DNA from: Macrostomum lignano
Lineage: Eukaryota
Direction: 5' to 3'
DNA length: 44,139 nucleotides
NCBI GenBank assembly: GCA_002269645.1
Contig: NIVC01004495.1
Coordinates: 1 to 44,139, forward strand
Part shown: positions 11,626-24,042 of the stretch, piece by piece
Position numbering within the stretch: position 1 is the stretch's first letter
How the letters are laid out: every line of letters begins with the position of its first letter
The notes under the pieces: generated by a model
What the model was told of the DNA's origin: nothing
The model's input: only the letters and a program-made list of their open reading frames with translations
Databases searched by the model: none
Made by a program: the position numbers and the translations under genes

Positions 11626-12905
11626 GTTTTCTGATCCCCTGCTTTGGACCTGCTTGAAGTGCCACCTCATCAGCACCGTCTCAATACCGACATAGAGCGG
11701 CACTGGTTCATATTGGTGTGTCGCCCTCGTGTCGTCAGCGTAAAGGCAGGTTGTAAGTCTCCGTAGAGGGGCTTGGAGGAAGTTACTCGTGACGATCGAC
11801 ACCAGGAGCTGCAAAAACAAAGTTCAATTCGTCCGCGGATTGTCCAATTCCTGAAGATCTATGCAATGGATATTGGCAGCTTTTCCCTTCCTTTTCTTTT
11901 TCTTTCTCTCTTTGTCTCTTATCTTGGGCACAATCTGCATCTTGTGAGTCCTGAATTGACAATTGTCAGGCTCGTATCAAGTTTTTTAACTCTCGCCTGC
12001 AACAGGAAGTAGGATGCAGGATCGATGTCAGGATCTACATGGCTTATAGACAAGCAACAAAATGCTAAATAGGCCCCTGGATCATCTGCGAGTTCAAAGC
12101 TGAATCTGGCGTGAAAGTTTCTGTTGATCAAAAGAATTGGCAACAAGATCTTGTTTATCTGGGTTTGACTATTCAGCCTCTCTGAATACCGCTCGGGTCA
12201 AGATTTAGTAGCCACTAGCAATTTACGCCCCCCGTTGGGGAGCAAACAAAGAATGTACTAAATTTTTTAAATAAACTACATGTAGCTTCTAACCTTAGCC
12301 TTAACATCTTAGCAATTCCCCCCAAGACTTGAGATCTCAGCAATTCCCCCAGTAAGCCATTCCCCCAGTAATCGATTTTCGAATATTTCGTCGACAAGGC
12401 AACTCGTTCGTGAGGGAGAGTGAATGTTGTGTAGCTGTTTTGCAGATATGTACATCTGCTATGTACATCTGTTTGCCGATGTTAATCTGTCGCAACTAGA
12501 TAAATATATAAGTATAAATATACCAGTCGAAAGGCCAACTTGGTTTAAGTTCGTGTGTACCCACAAAAATCAGTTTGACTATCTCAACACAACACCATGC
12601 AGTTTCCAACGGTCAGAATCTCGACACCACTGCTTCTTGTTTCGTGAAGATTTTAAATAAAAAGAAATATGAATAGGCATATTGAATAGACCAGGTGCAT
12701 AAAACAGAGTTGACATCTAAACAGATTATCTTATTTTAATTTGGGCTTGTAAATAGTTGTTATTCTGCCTAACCTGGCTTATTCTGTCTGTACAAGTATC
12801 AGAATAATGCGAGGTAGATCTTGTATAGATTAGTGCTATATATTGTAGTGCACTGGCTTTGCTAATGTTAAATAAAGCTTACTGAACACACAAATAGAAA
12901 GAAAA

Positions 12906-15485
12906 ATGCGTGACCGGAATTGGAAAAAGGGCTTCATTTTTGTTGCTTTGCTGCTCTGCTCGCTGGCAGCCGGCCAGGTCTCCCAGTGCGCTCCCGCTGA
13001 CTCTCCGCGGCTCCGCTTCGTGGCGCAGCTCAGCGTGAACGGCTGCGCGCTGTTCGTGCACGACACGGGAGCGAGCGACGGTCCGCACTTGGCAGTCGAG
13101 CCGCTCATGTGCGTGACGGACAGCCTGAGAGGCATTGCTGCTCGATTCGACTTCATCACCCAGCAGCTGTACTTCAGCGTTCCTGTATTGATGAGGGATG
13201 CTGGGATGCTCGCAGATGCTCAGCGTCAACTGCGGCATCTGTCACCGAGGTCTGTGAGCTTCGCCACGGTCACCAACATCAGCGTCTCAGCCGACTTCAG
13301 CTCATTAATCCGGGTTTCTGACATCCTGTGGACTCCAGATGAACCAATCGCCACCCTGAGACTGCAAATTGAGAAGAGGGCCCGCAGCAGTGTGTGCCAA
13401 GCTGCAAGCAACTTGAGACTGGCAAATGTGCCTCGAATGCAAAGTCTGAGTTCATTAGAAATCCAGCCAGAGCAGAATGCCAACTTTAGAAGTTCGCCCG
13501 GCGAGGCCCTTGAAAAAGTTAGGCTGTCAGCTTCTATCATTTCGAACGGCTCTTGCTATGAAGTTCAGAGACACGTCCTGCTGCAAAACAGCAGCTTCTT
13601 CGACTTGGAATTCGGCAGACAAAGATTTGCAAATGTGTCGAATTGCCGACAGCTTCGGTTCATCCGCTCCGTCAATCTCGAGAACTGCTCAGTCCGAGTG
13701 CACCAGAGACTCGACATGAAGGGCCACTTCCTCATCGAGCCTCTGCTGTGCCACAACATCTCCAGCTTGAGCAGCGAGTCAGTCAGGTATGACTATAGCC
13801 GAGACATGCACTACCTGAAGCTGGATGTGGTGCTGCAAGATGAGGCCACACGCGATGCTGTGAGGACTCAGCTGGCCGACCTGTCGCCTCGATCGGTCGA
13901 TTTTATGCGGCTGTGGACTGCTGAGAGATCGGTGAGCTCCTCGTTGAGTTCTCGGTTCGAGGTCGGTCCGCTGATGGTGTCGACAGACTGGAAGTCCGCT
14001 CAGCTGCGGCTGCTCTGCGGAAGCTCGGGGCTGTGCGACGAACTCAGGTTTGATAATTGCTTGGAGAAACAGAAACAGAATTCACTTTACCTCACGACAG
14101 TTCTTTAAAATTCTGAGTGTTTTATTTGCCCAGTTGCCCTGATGTCTCACAGACCCTAAGGACCCCGTTTCAATGGGTCTTTCCAAATTCAAAATTCATG
14201 TCAACCAGTTCATTTCATTTCAAATGAATTTTTTTTGGAATATAACAGTGAAAAGCATTCGTCTTAAGAAAACTGAAATGGTTGACCTTTTTAGTGGCCC
14301 TCAAGAATTGCTTTAATTATTGTTTTCAGAGGTTACGCGTATTTTGGTGTTGTATTGCAATCTAAAAACTCCGCTGAATTTCAGATCGGCGGTGCTGAAT
14401 GAGCCCGCGGATTTGTGGCGACACCTGAGGTGGCGGGTGACGTCTCTGGTTGCTGACCAGTGCCGATCCGAGTCGGTCCAGACAACTTTATCATGGAGAA
14501 TGAAGGCGTCGGCAAGTGCGAGCTGCTCGAGTCCGCAGTCATGCGCCGCCGCTGACTCTTCTTACGCGCTTCAAGTTCAGCGAGACGGCCGCTGCTTCGT
14601 AAAGATTCAGCAGCGACTCACCGGCAGAGTGAGTTTCCAACGAGGCTGGACTGAGTACGAGACTGGCTTCGGTGACGGCACTGACTTCTGGATCGGTGAG
14701 CGGCCGCTTCGCGTTCGCAGCTCTGCTAACAGAGATAAAGCGTCTGCTTCATAACAAAGCTGATAAATTTGGCTGCACTGGCGCCTGGCAACCTGATCCT
14801 TCTCCCTTCCTCTCTTTCCCATCCCGCCTCGTTGCAGCCAGCCGCTGAGAATGCAGCAAGGTTTACTACCCTATTCAACATGTAAATACGATCACGAACT
14901 TAAACCAACCAAGGCAATTTACATTCTCCTGTGATCCAGTGAAAGCTCCGATTCGAAGGACAGTAGCCATACAATTTATGTTCGTTTTCGTCTGTTTTAC
15001 AGGTGTGTCACTAAAATGCCTGACCAATCAGAAGTGACCCAGACTCTGCCGCTTAATTTCTTCCCACAGGCCTCTCCACCATCCACTTGCTGAGCCAGGG
15101 CGGCGTCACTTTCAGATTGGAGATGAAGCTCTGGAACGGCTCTGAGCTGCATGCGGAGTACGCGGGATTCCAGGTGGGAGATGCCAGCACTGGGTATCGG
15201 ATGACGTACCGAGAGATGCTGAAGAGCAGGTCCAGTTTGAACTATGATGAACTGCAGAAAAACTCAGGAATGCGGTTTTCCACAATAGACAGGGACAATG
15301 ACGAAAGCAACCCAGGGTCATGCACAAACAGGTATGGAAAAGGAGGCTGGTGGTTTCGAGACTGCAACCACTCCAACCCGAACGGGATTTTTCCTGTGCG
15401 GGAGACGGCAAATAACAGCTATATGACCTGGTGGTGCGAGACTTGGCTGTATCTCCGTGAAGTGCGAATGCTGCTGCAGATATGA
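12906..15485 (+). CDS. Secreted fibrinogen-related domain (FReD) protein, 3 exons, ~622 aa, with two N-terminal ~214-aa repeats of unknown family
   Basis: Exons 12906-14047, 14385-14695 and 15070-15485 join in frame at GT-AG sites (phases 2 and 1). Signal peptide FIFVALLLCSLAAG. Fibrinogen C-terminal (FBG) domain motifs IQQRLTGRVSFQRGWTEYETGFG..FWIG, FSTIDRDND and GGWWFRDCNHSNPNG. Confidence 0.9.
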
Positions 15486-16051
15486 CTACTGTCTGGTTTG
15501 AGAACTCAGCGATGCACTCCGGTTAAAAATGCACAGGACTGGTTGAAACTAACAGTCATTTTTATAGCCGAAAATGTTTATTTCAGATAAAAATATTGTT
15601 TTATTAAAAGTGACAGCATGCAGTGCAGCCTGTTTCAATCGCATGATCCAGAATGCATATCTTAGTTTTGAAGAGGCATAAGTTTAAATGAAACTCATGT
15701 GCAGATATGGTGGTGGTGATTAAATTTTAATTAAGCATTCTCTACATTACTTAAATACAATGTAGCTGAAGTTGCTCTTCACTCAGCGGCATAGCAACAG
15801 TCTCGCCAGGAGCAGGCAAGCCATGCTAAATAAAGAGAGGAGTTTCAGAAGCTCAAAATTAAACATGCTCAAAACTTCTAAATAAACTTTCTAAACTCGA
15901 AACTTCACAATGTCAGTCACTTTGACAAGCCTGAAACTTCATTTGTTTCGAACTTCATTTCACTTTTTCGAATCTTGTTAGCCACTTTTGCTGGCTCACA
16001 ACTTGAACGAATTCGAAGATGTGAAATTTCAACGTGCTCTTCATGCTGTAA

Positions 16052-16300
16052 GGGGAGTGGCCCAGTGGTCAGAGCGTCGGACTCACGACTTGAAGGTCGG
16101 GGGTTCGATTCCTGATCTCACTTGGAACAATTTGTGTTCTTGAGCAAGACACTTCACTCTGCATTGCTTCCATTTTGCCCAGCTGGGGTAATTGACAATG
16201 TGTTTGGCGATCCCCAGTCCTTGGACTGAACAGCCGTACGCAGCCTTCAGATGCGCCACGCAATAGCTGCGGCTGAGCTGTCGGTTGCACATCTGCCCAT
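16052..16300 (+). mobile_element. tRNA-derived SINE, copy 2 (intergenic)
   Basis: A box tggcccagtgg, B box ggttcgattcc, and the same body and tail as the copies at 6666 and 21754. Confidence 0.85.
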
Positions 16301-16829
16301 TACTAGAGTCGGTTACTAGAGGTTACTAGATCGGTTACTACCTAGAGTCGGTTGCACTTTGGCAATTAGTTAGTTATCATTAATTTATGCTGTACTTAAG
16401 CATAAGGGTTTTAAATCGCATCATGCGCTTTACAAAACACGAGATTGCCAAACTGTGACGAGGTCAGACACCAATGACCTGTTCAAAATCTAGTCTTAAT
16501 AGGTTTTCGCGTCATTCGAATGCGTCTGTATTTGCTTATTTTTGTGTTGCTCACCACCCTCATACACAAGTCTTCAACATTTAATGCCCAAATGCCTGAG
16601 GCCTTAGAAGTACCATAACTGAGTCAATTGCAAGCTCAACTGGTTACATATCTCCAGCACCGCCTGCTGCTTTATAAGAAGAATGTCTTCCCAGAGCCAT
16701 GCCCGACCTTCATGTTGTTTGCAATCTCTTCCTCTTAGCTCCAGCTCCAATCGATGATATTTTGATTTCTCAAAAACCACCTTCGTAGAAAAGCCAAGGC
16801 CAAGTCCACAGGTCACTGGTCTGCGACTG

Positions 16830-17159
16830 GGGACGCTTTCATAAGACCTAAATTTCACAACGCCTAAAACCACCACACTTCACAACGCCTAAATTTCAAA
16901 TCGCCTATATTTCACAACGCCTAAAATCTTTGCTTCTTTCCTTCACATTCAGTTTTAGGTGTTGTAAAATTTAGGCGATATGAAATTTAGGCGATATGAA
17001 ATTTAGGCGATGTGAAGGAGCGTGCAGAAATCCGGATTAATGAGCTGAAGTTTCGCATTTTCGATTTTAGGCGTTGTGAAATTTAGGCGTTATGAAATTT
17101 AGGTGATGTGAAGTCATGTGCTTTAGGCGTTGTGAAATTTAGGTCTTATGAAGCGCCCC
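16830..17159. mobile_element. 330-bp MITE with ~100-bp terminal inverted repeats built of 16-bp subrepeats and a 9-bp TSD (Mutator/Foldback-like)
   Basis: Left gggacgctttcataagacctaaatttcacaacgcct... mirrors right ...aggcgttgtgaaatttaggtcttatgaagcgcccc; flanked by ctgcgactg at 16821-16829 and 17160-17168. Confidence 0.85.
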
Positions 17160-17449
17160 CTGCGACTGGACTGCTCCTTCCCTATCGAGAGGAAATGACT
17201 GTAGGTATAGGGGTTATTGTTGTTGGCGGAAACCTGCTTACAGGACCTCCCGTAGCTGCCGATTCAGCACTGGTGGCCAGCCCAGCTCCCAGTGGGGCTT
17301 AACTACTTCCTGAAGCTGTTCGGCGGCTTGCTGGACGTCAGGCTGCAGTTTCTGCAGCTGCAGATCGCGCATCAGCCTGTCTGCAAATCTCTTCTGTCAG
17401 CAGACTGCTTCAAAGCAAAGAAAATTTGTATAGACAGAAAAATTCTAAC

Positions 17450-17962
17450 TCCATTGCTCATTCTGCTGTCTGTAGTCATGAACAATTCCTGTTCCATTGC
17501 TCATTCTGCTGTCTGTACTCATGAACAATTCCTGTTCCATTGCTCATTCTGCTGTCTGTACTCATGAAAATTTTAGTTCCATTGCTCATTCTGCTGTCTG
17601 TACTCATGAACAATTCCAGTTCCATTGCTCATTCTGCTGTCTGTACTCATGAACAATTCCTGTTCCATTGCTCATTCTGCTGTCTGTACTCATGAACAAT
17701 TCCTGTTCCATTGCTCATTCTGCTGTCTGTACTCATGAACAATTTTAGTTCCATTGCTCATTCTGCTGTCTGTACTCATGAACAATTCCAGTTCCATAGC
17801 TCATTCTGCTGTCTGTACTCATGAACAATTCCAGTTCCATTGCTCATTCTGCTGTGTGTACTCATGAACAATTCCAGTTCCATTGCTCATTCTGCTGTCT
17901 GTACTCATGAACAATTCCAGTTCCATTGCTCATTCTGCTGTCTGTACTCATGAACAATTCCA
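17450..17962. repeat. 43-bp minisatellite (tccattgctcattctgctgtctgtactcatgaacaattcctgt), ~12 copies
   Basis: Units start at 17451, 17494, 17537 and so on. Confidence 0.95.
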
Positions 17963-18229
17963 ACATGGATAATAAATAAAATACTCGTAGATCCGACGAT
18001 AGTAAATTAGATTTCGAAAACACAAAAGTTGCTTTCTGAACTCATTTTTCTCCATCTGATGCTTGAATCTCAGTTCAGAAGCGAAAATGCGTTGGTTTGT
18101 GACTGGTCTTGCCAAGTCACTAATTAACCATAGATAATAAAAATGTTTTTAGTATCTGTGTAATTAACCAGTTTTAAACCCCCTCCTCTGCCCTGCCCTC
18201 TTTCTAAAATGGTAACTCGAAGGAAGCAG

Positions 18230-18430
18230 CGCTGCCGCTGATGCCCATCAGTATGTTCAAGGAGCAGCTCGAGAACAGCCGGATCGCCCTCTACATTGAC
18301 AACAGAGCGGCGGTGGGCTTCATCAACAACGGTGCATCTCGTAACGCGGCCATCATTGCCCTGCTGCGAACTGCCACTCTGGCAGCACTCAAGCACAACA
18401 TCAGCTTCCGAGCCTTTCACATGCCTTGCG
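18230..18430 (+). mobile_element. DIRS/Ngaro-type retrotransposon RNase H fragment
   Basis: RIALYIDNRAAVGFINNGASRNAAIIALLRTATLAALKHNISFRAFHMP matches the DIRS1-type RNase H pattern (DN.A.V..IN.G.SR...LLR.....N..F.A.H.PG). It is truncated on both sides. Confidence 0.65.
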
Positions 18431-19529
18431 CCTGGAAGCTGCATCGGCATCTGCTACTCTTCCTGCTTCCTGATGCGGTTCTACGGGCATCCAGCCTTGG
18501 CCTGTGGAAAGCTGCGTTAGCGTTGCCTTAGTGACCACGTCGCTGATCAACTGGAAGTGCAACTGCGTGAACGGTGCTCTGTGTGGCGCGGTGATTTTCT
18601 TCTGCCTGTCACCTTTCATGTTTCATGTTTTTTCTTGTTCTTTTTGGGTTTGGGGTTGCTACCGCGCTTCCCTTCTCCAACGCTACTCGAATCTTCTTTA
18701 GGTTTAACTCCAATCAACAGCAAAATAGACGGGTCAATTTGGTTTTGCCTGATTCAGTGAGGAATAAATGAGTTTAAAGATGCCTCCAGATCAATTTGGT
18801 TCACTTGCTGCATCATGGAAGTTGCAGAAAATATTTGCAGAAATGTATATTTCTATTGTGTACTTGGATAGGATTAAGTGTTCTAATAGCTACTGAAATT
18901 TGTGTTAGGGATTGGAGAATCATAAAGTCCATAAAGTTATAGATAGGTAACAACAACCTTCTCAGGCATCGCTAGCAAGGCATGGCAACAAACCGGTGCT
19001 TCAAAAATGTTTCTCAAGTGCGATTGAAAATAAAAGTTGTTTCAGTATACTAGCGTACAATATAACTTTTCTTCACGTCCTCCATCAATTTTAGGTACTT
19101 TCGTACATAATAAAAGAAAATCCACAGTTATAAAAGTGCAACCCGGAAAAGGCTCTTAGCTCCAAGCACTATTCTCTAAATAATTTTTTTCCAGAATCTT
19201 TATCTGCATCAAATTTGGGTCTACCATGGAAAGTCTTGATTTTAAAAAAATCCGGACTAAAAATCTCCGTACAGAAAAAGTACATTGGAGAGATAGGACC
19301 TCCGATCAAACACAGGATAGCTTCATCCGATTGAATGATTAAGTTGTAGTTCTTCTGTCTCTCCAATGACATTCCAGCAGAATTAAGCCCTAAAATAAAA
19401 TTCAATAGAAGGCGAGTGATACGCCCTGAAACAACAGTAATTGGTTTGGTCCTAGCAAGAACGGCTCAAAGTTATATTTAGACTGCACTTATTCCAATAG
19501 TACATGGTTCGCCCGGCTGGCCGATGCCA

Positions 19530-22500
19530 TCAGTATCCGGGCATATCGAGCGGGTCCCTCTGCAGCCTGACCACCCAGAACAGCTCGATCAGCAGGATGA
19601 CACCGCCGCACAGGTAGAGCGACAGACTGACGATGTAGGCGCCACCCACACCCTCCAGCGGGATGGCTGCGGCCTCAGCGGCGGCCGTGTTGACGTTGCA
19701 ATCGCTTGTCGAAGGAATGAACTTGCGAGTCACCACATCGACAAAGCCGCTCTCCTTGCCGCGCTGCAGTCTGTAGGGTTCGAGTTTTTGGCGTGACTTT
19801 ACATGTTCTGGTTCAAGGTTCGGTTGTGGCACTTAGTTCTGTGGTGGTTCAAGGTTCGGGTGTGGCACTTAGTTCTGTGGTGGTTCAAGGTTCGGGTGTG
19901 GCACTTAGTTCTGTGGTGGTTCAAGGTTCGGTTGTGACACTTAGTTCTGTGGTGGTTCAAGGTTCGGGTGTGGAATATCGTTCTGTGGTTCGAGGTTCGG
20001 TTGTGGAATGTCGTTCTGTGGTTCGAAGGTTGGTTGTCGCTTGCAAGTATTTGAAGCCAAAAAATCGTAAAATTAATGCACAGCCGAGTAAGTTTTTTTC
20101 ATATGGCACTATACATGTAATAAAGCCAAGAAGCTATAACCAAAGTCTAGCGGAGATGGCTTCAATGCAATTTAACAGCTGGAGGTAGCTATATCCAAGA
20201 AAATTAAAATATATTGAAAGAGCATGAAACTTACAGAAAGTCAAATGCTGGAAGGTAGTAGACATCCTGTGGAAAAGTCATAGCCAAGTAGTAAAAGTTG
20301 AAGAAATTTTTGGCTTGGTAAACCTGCTTGCAGAATGCGCTGGCGTAATAAGAATTGCTGCTCTGGTCTGAGACGCACACCAGGTACGGGCTCGCGTCCG
20401 GCTTGAGGAGCTGAGGGTAAGTTCGGTGAAGTGCTTTTTCAGATCCTAACTGAGAGCCTCAGGCTTTGTTGATTTCATCGAGTGTAAATAAATCTAAAAC
20501 CATGTCAGTCAGACTCACAGTCTCGGCGCAGGTGGCCATTGTGTCAACAAGCTCCATCTGTTTGCGTAGCATGGTCAAGGGACCTTCCGTCGCCAGCATG
20601 ATTGAGCCGTAGATGTTGGTGCCCTGGGCAACCATGGCCTTGTAGTGCGGCCTGGCGATCAGATCCTCCAAGCTCTCGATCGGGTACTTGGCCACCGTCA
20701 CAGCGAGCTTGGCCGTGAGGTCCCCTGAAGGAAAGGGATAGAAAACGCACTAACATTTGATCAACTGCAGATTTGATAGAACAGCCTAGCTTAACCACCT
20801 GTATATGCTCCAAAAATGACTACTGTGAGCATCCACCAGAACGCCATGACAGTTCGAGGACTCATCGAGAACGGGTAAAAGTCCTGGCCCTGCTGCAAGA
20901 AGCTGCCAATGACCGACCAGACGTATTCCTTTAGCCAGACTTCGTCAGAAAACGCATAAGGCAAGCCCAAAGTCCAGGCGCTAAAGGGACTGAGCTTGGC
21001 GAAAATGAAGATAACGACTGGAACAATGACGAACATGGCAATAATGAGCAGCCAAGAGTCCCAGGAGAGCGGCGTGAACACATTCCACAGCTTGGACTCT
21101 GGTGGAGGCATTTTCACTAGGATGGTGTTAGACGAGAACTGGTACTCATCCGAGTAGTCGACTACTTTATGGCGGAAAGTAGTAGTAGCGAACAGCATCG
21201 CGAAATCCGCTTGCTGAAAGACAGAAACAGATTCAGTCACTCAGTGTGTTGAATTCATTTGGAAGTACGCTCGTATGTTCACTGCGCTCACTCTTTTCTG
21301 CAGCATGCCGATGCAGCCAGTAAAGTAGGGTGAGCCCTCCACTGGTGCCCCGAACTGGTTATCCGGCGGAGAGAACAGGTCGTACCTTCAAATTGAGGCA
21401 TAAAAAATGAAGCATATTTTCATCTAGAGATGACTGATGAAAAATAATATGGCTTACGTAAAATTGAGGTGCCTGGTAAAGTAGCTAAGCATTTCGACCG
21501 AGTGTCCAGAAGCTCTGCCAAATGTGTAGTTCTCGTAGACCGTGTAAGGTGGAAACTGGATTGGTTCGTGCAGAGTATCAGCTTAGCATGCAGAAAAGAT
21601 AATTAAATCATGCCAGTTTTGCTTCAGTATATGAATTACTGTCATTTCCAGCGTTTCACTGTTTGTGCAACTGTATGAATCGAACACTACTTCATTAATC
21701 CAAGCACAATTTAAAACAAAATTAAGCTTCATCAGACAACCTCAGCATCTTCAGGGGGGTCGTAGCCCAGTGGGAGAGCGTTTGACTCACGACTGAAAGG
21801 TCGGGAATTCGATTCTCGACCCGCTCGAAACAAGTTGTCTTTGAGCATGAACAATAAAACATAACTCTGCATTGCTTCAGTTCACAAAGATGAAAAATGG
21901 GTACCAACATTAGCTGGGATAATTCAGGGTGAGTGGCGATTGAGAGTCCTTGGACTGAACAGCCGTACGCAGCATTAAGAGGCGCCGCGCAATAGCTGCC
22001 GCTGAGCTGTCGCTTGACCATTGGGGCATGGGTAATCAATTATTATTATTTAAGATCTGCACCAAAAGAGATATTTGATTGAAAGTAAATTCGAGAAACG
22101 CTCATGAGGCAAAAGTTACATATTTCGCTGAAAAGAAAGCCCTTACCGGCGGCGCGCAGACTCGCAGTCGAGCTCCCTTGAAGTCCACGAAGGTGTTGGG
22201 AAACAGCAGCTCGCGCTCCTTGTACTCGAAGGTCACTACAAGGCTGCCGTTCTCGACAATAAACCGGCCGCTTGGCACGAGTTCCGCGACTGCCTCCGGG
22301 TTGCTAAGCAGGCCCAGCATCTCCAGGAAGTAGTCGCTCCGGTGTCCCGCACTTCCATTGGCTGGGCTGAGCCGCTGCTATGAGGCATGCCAGGAAATAT
22401 GAGGTTAAGCATTAGTTACAGCCGTGGTTCCAGTACGCTTTGCTTTCTGTTCGCTGATTCAGCTATTAAGTATGCCGGTGTAAAGCAAACTCAACCACAA

Positions 22501-24042
22501 ATCGCACATGTCGCTAAGAATCTGAGTCAGACAGGCAACTGAACTCCAACCTGCTTCAGCTGCGCAGCCACTGCGGGACCCGCCGACCACGGCTGCAGCG
22601 GCCGACACGACGCGTTGCTGGCGGTCAGGCCGAGGTCGGAGCTGTCCAGTAGGCTCTGTGTAGCACTGGCGAATGACAGCACGGCCTCCACCGCCTTCAG
22701 CTCCAGCATCTGAGGGATGTTCAGGGTCTACTGCAGATAGATCGCCAGCGCCTAAGCTCCATCGCAGAAGAAGTTTGCAGGGAACGAGTTCCTCACCGAA
22801 CGCTTGCTGAACTGGCAGTCCGGATACACGACTCCGAGATCTACAGAGCAGTCCATTTCTTTGAGAAGAACTGCCGACTCACGGATCAAGAGGATGTTCG
22901 CAGACCCATTTGCGGGGATCAGAGTCTCGATAGTTCTTGGCGAAATTCCTGTGTCAATCACGGTCCAGAAGTAGTTGATCTGCAGTGTGGCTGTGTTCCG
23001 AGCCTGGAATGACAACCAAATGATATTAAGCCGAATCGATTGTGCGAAAGAATTTTTACCTGAGCTCACCTGCTCGAAGACGAGTGGGATCTTGTCGGGC
23101 TCGCAGACGACCACACAGTATCGAATCTGAGCCTTGACGCTGTTTTGCAGGATTTGTGTCAAATTGGTGGCCGACTCGTCGATCTGAAACATCATGCTGG
23201 CGATTCTCTTCTCCGAGAGCAGTTGCTGAAGCTGCTCAAGCAGCAAGTGGTCTGCAATGACGAGTGTTGGCCACCATGGTTGAGGAAGGCATTGCTGTCA
23301 ACTTACAGATGGAGCAGTAGTCTTGAGGAAGCCATGCGCACCCTGTTGTCTGTCGTGAAGGACAGCGACCAGATTAGCGGAGACTCGGTCCATTGCTTCT
23401 GCGGTCGCCCTCAAGAAGTCGGTCGCCGGAGGACTCGACACGATCGCTGAGTCTGTAAAGACATGCGATTCATTCTTGTCTGTGATGTAAGCAAGTGTGC
23501 GTCAGTAGATAGGTTGTGGTAATAAGGGTTTTACCTGGCACACTGGGTAGCCGACAAAGGCCTCTGAGAACTGCGACTGTCGGTAATTGTAGGGAGCCAG
23601 AGATTTTGAGCACATCCGAGACGAACTGACAAGAGCCGACGACGACCAAGCCGTTGAGACCTGTCGATCGACACACTGAAATTTCAGAAGAGATTTTCCG
23701 AGTGAGCAAGCAAGTCGTCGTTGAACCTAATCAGCTATTGATTGTCACCAAAGTACATAATTTTCTTTCTTAGAATTCTACAATACATTTGTATCGCAAG
23801 CTGTTTTTACCTCTCTGCGCAGCCTCCACTGAGTCCGCAGTCGGCAGCAGCTCCAGCGACATCGGACTGGTCTTGAATGCCGGATACCTCCAGTTTCCGT
23901 TGACCAGCTTGTCCACCGCTGTGGTGATGACCGAACTGTCCGCGAGACTTCCGGCTTCGCTCACAACAGCCAGGCGCACGGATGACCCGCTGCAGGCGTG
24001 CAGGGCCAGCAGGAGCAGCAGCGTTCGCAGCTCGTGCCACAT
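19530..24042 (-). CDS. IR-B: iGluR/IR-like subunit with ATD, 13 exons, ~830 aa, frame intact
   Basis: Same exon lengths and phases as IR-A. Exon 1 24042-23811; exon 7 ends 22147; exons 8-13: 21555-21458, 21385-21292, 21213-20799, 20724-20519, 20410-20235, 19770-19530. Confidence 0.92.
19805..20030. repeat. 36-bp minisatellite in intron 12 of IR-B, ~6 copies
   Basis: Unit gttctgtggtggttcaaggttcgggtgtggcactta. Confidence 0.9.
21754..22050 (+). mobile_element. tRNA-derived SINE, copy 3 (intron 7 of IR-B, antisense to host)
   Basis: Head gggggtcgtagcccagtgggagagcgtttgactcacgactgaaaggtcgggaattcgattc; same body and tail as the other two copies. Confidence 0.8.

Noticed and set aside
16640-16720. 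P-loop-like GSGKTFFL in a minus frame
   Set aside because: It is flanked by stops with no Walker B or other support; it cannot be told from chance.
6666-21830. tRNA genes at 6666, 16052 and 21754
   Set aside because: The cloverleaf stems are broken and each continues into the same ~220-bp body, so they are SINE heads.
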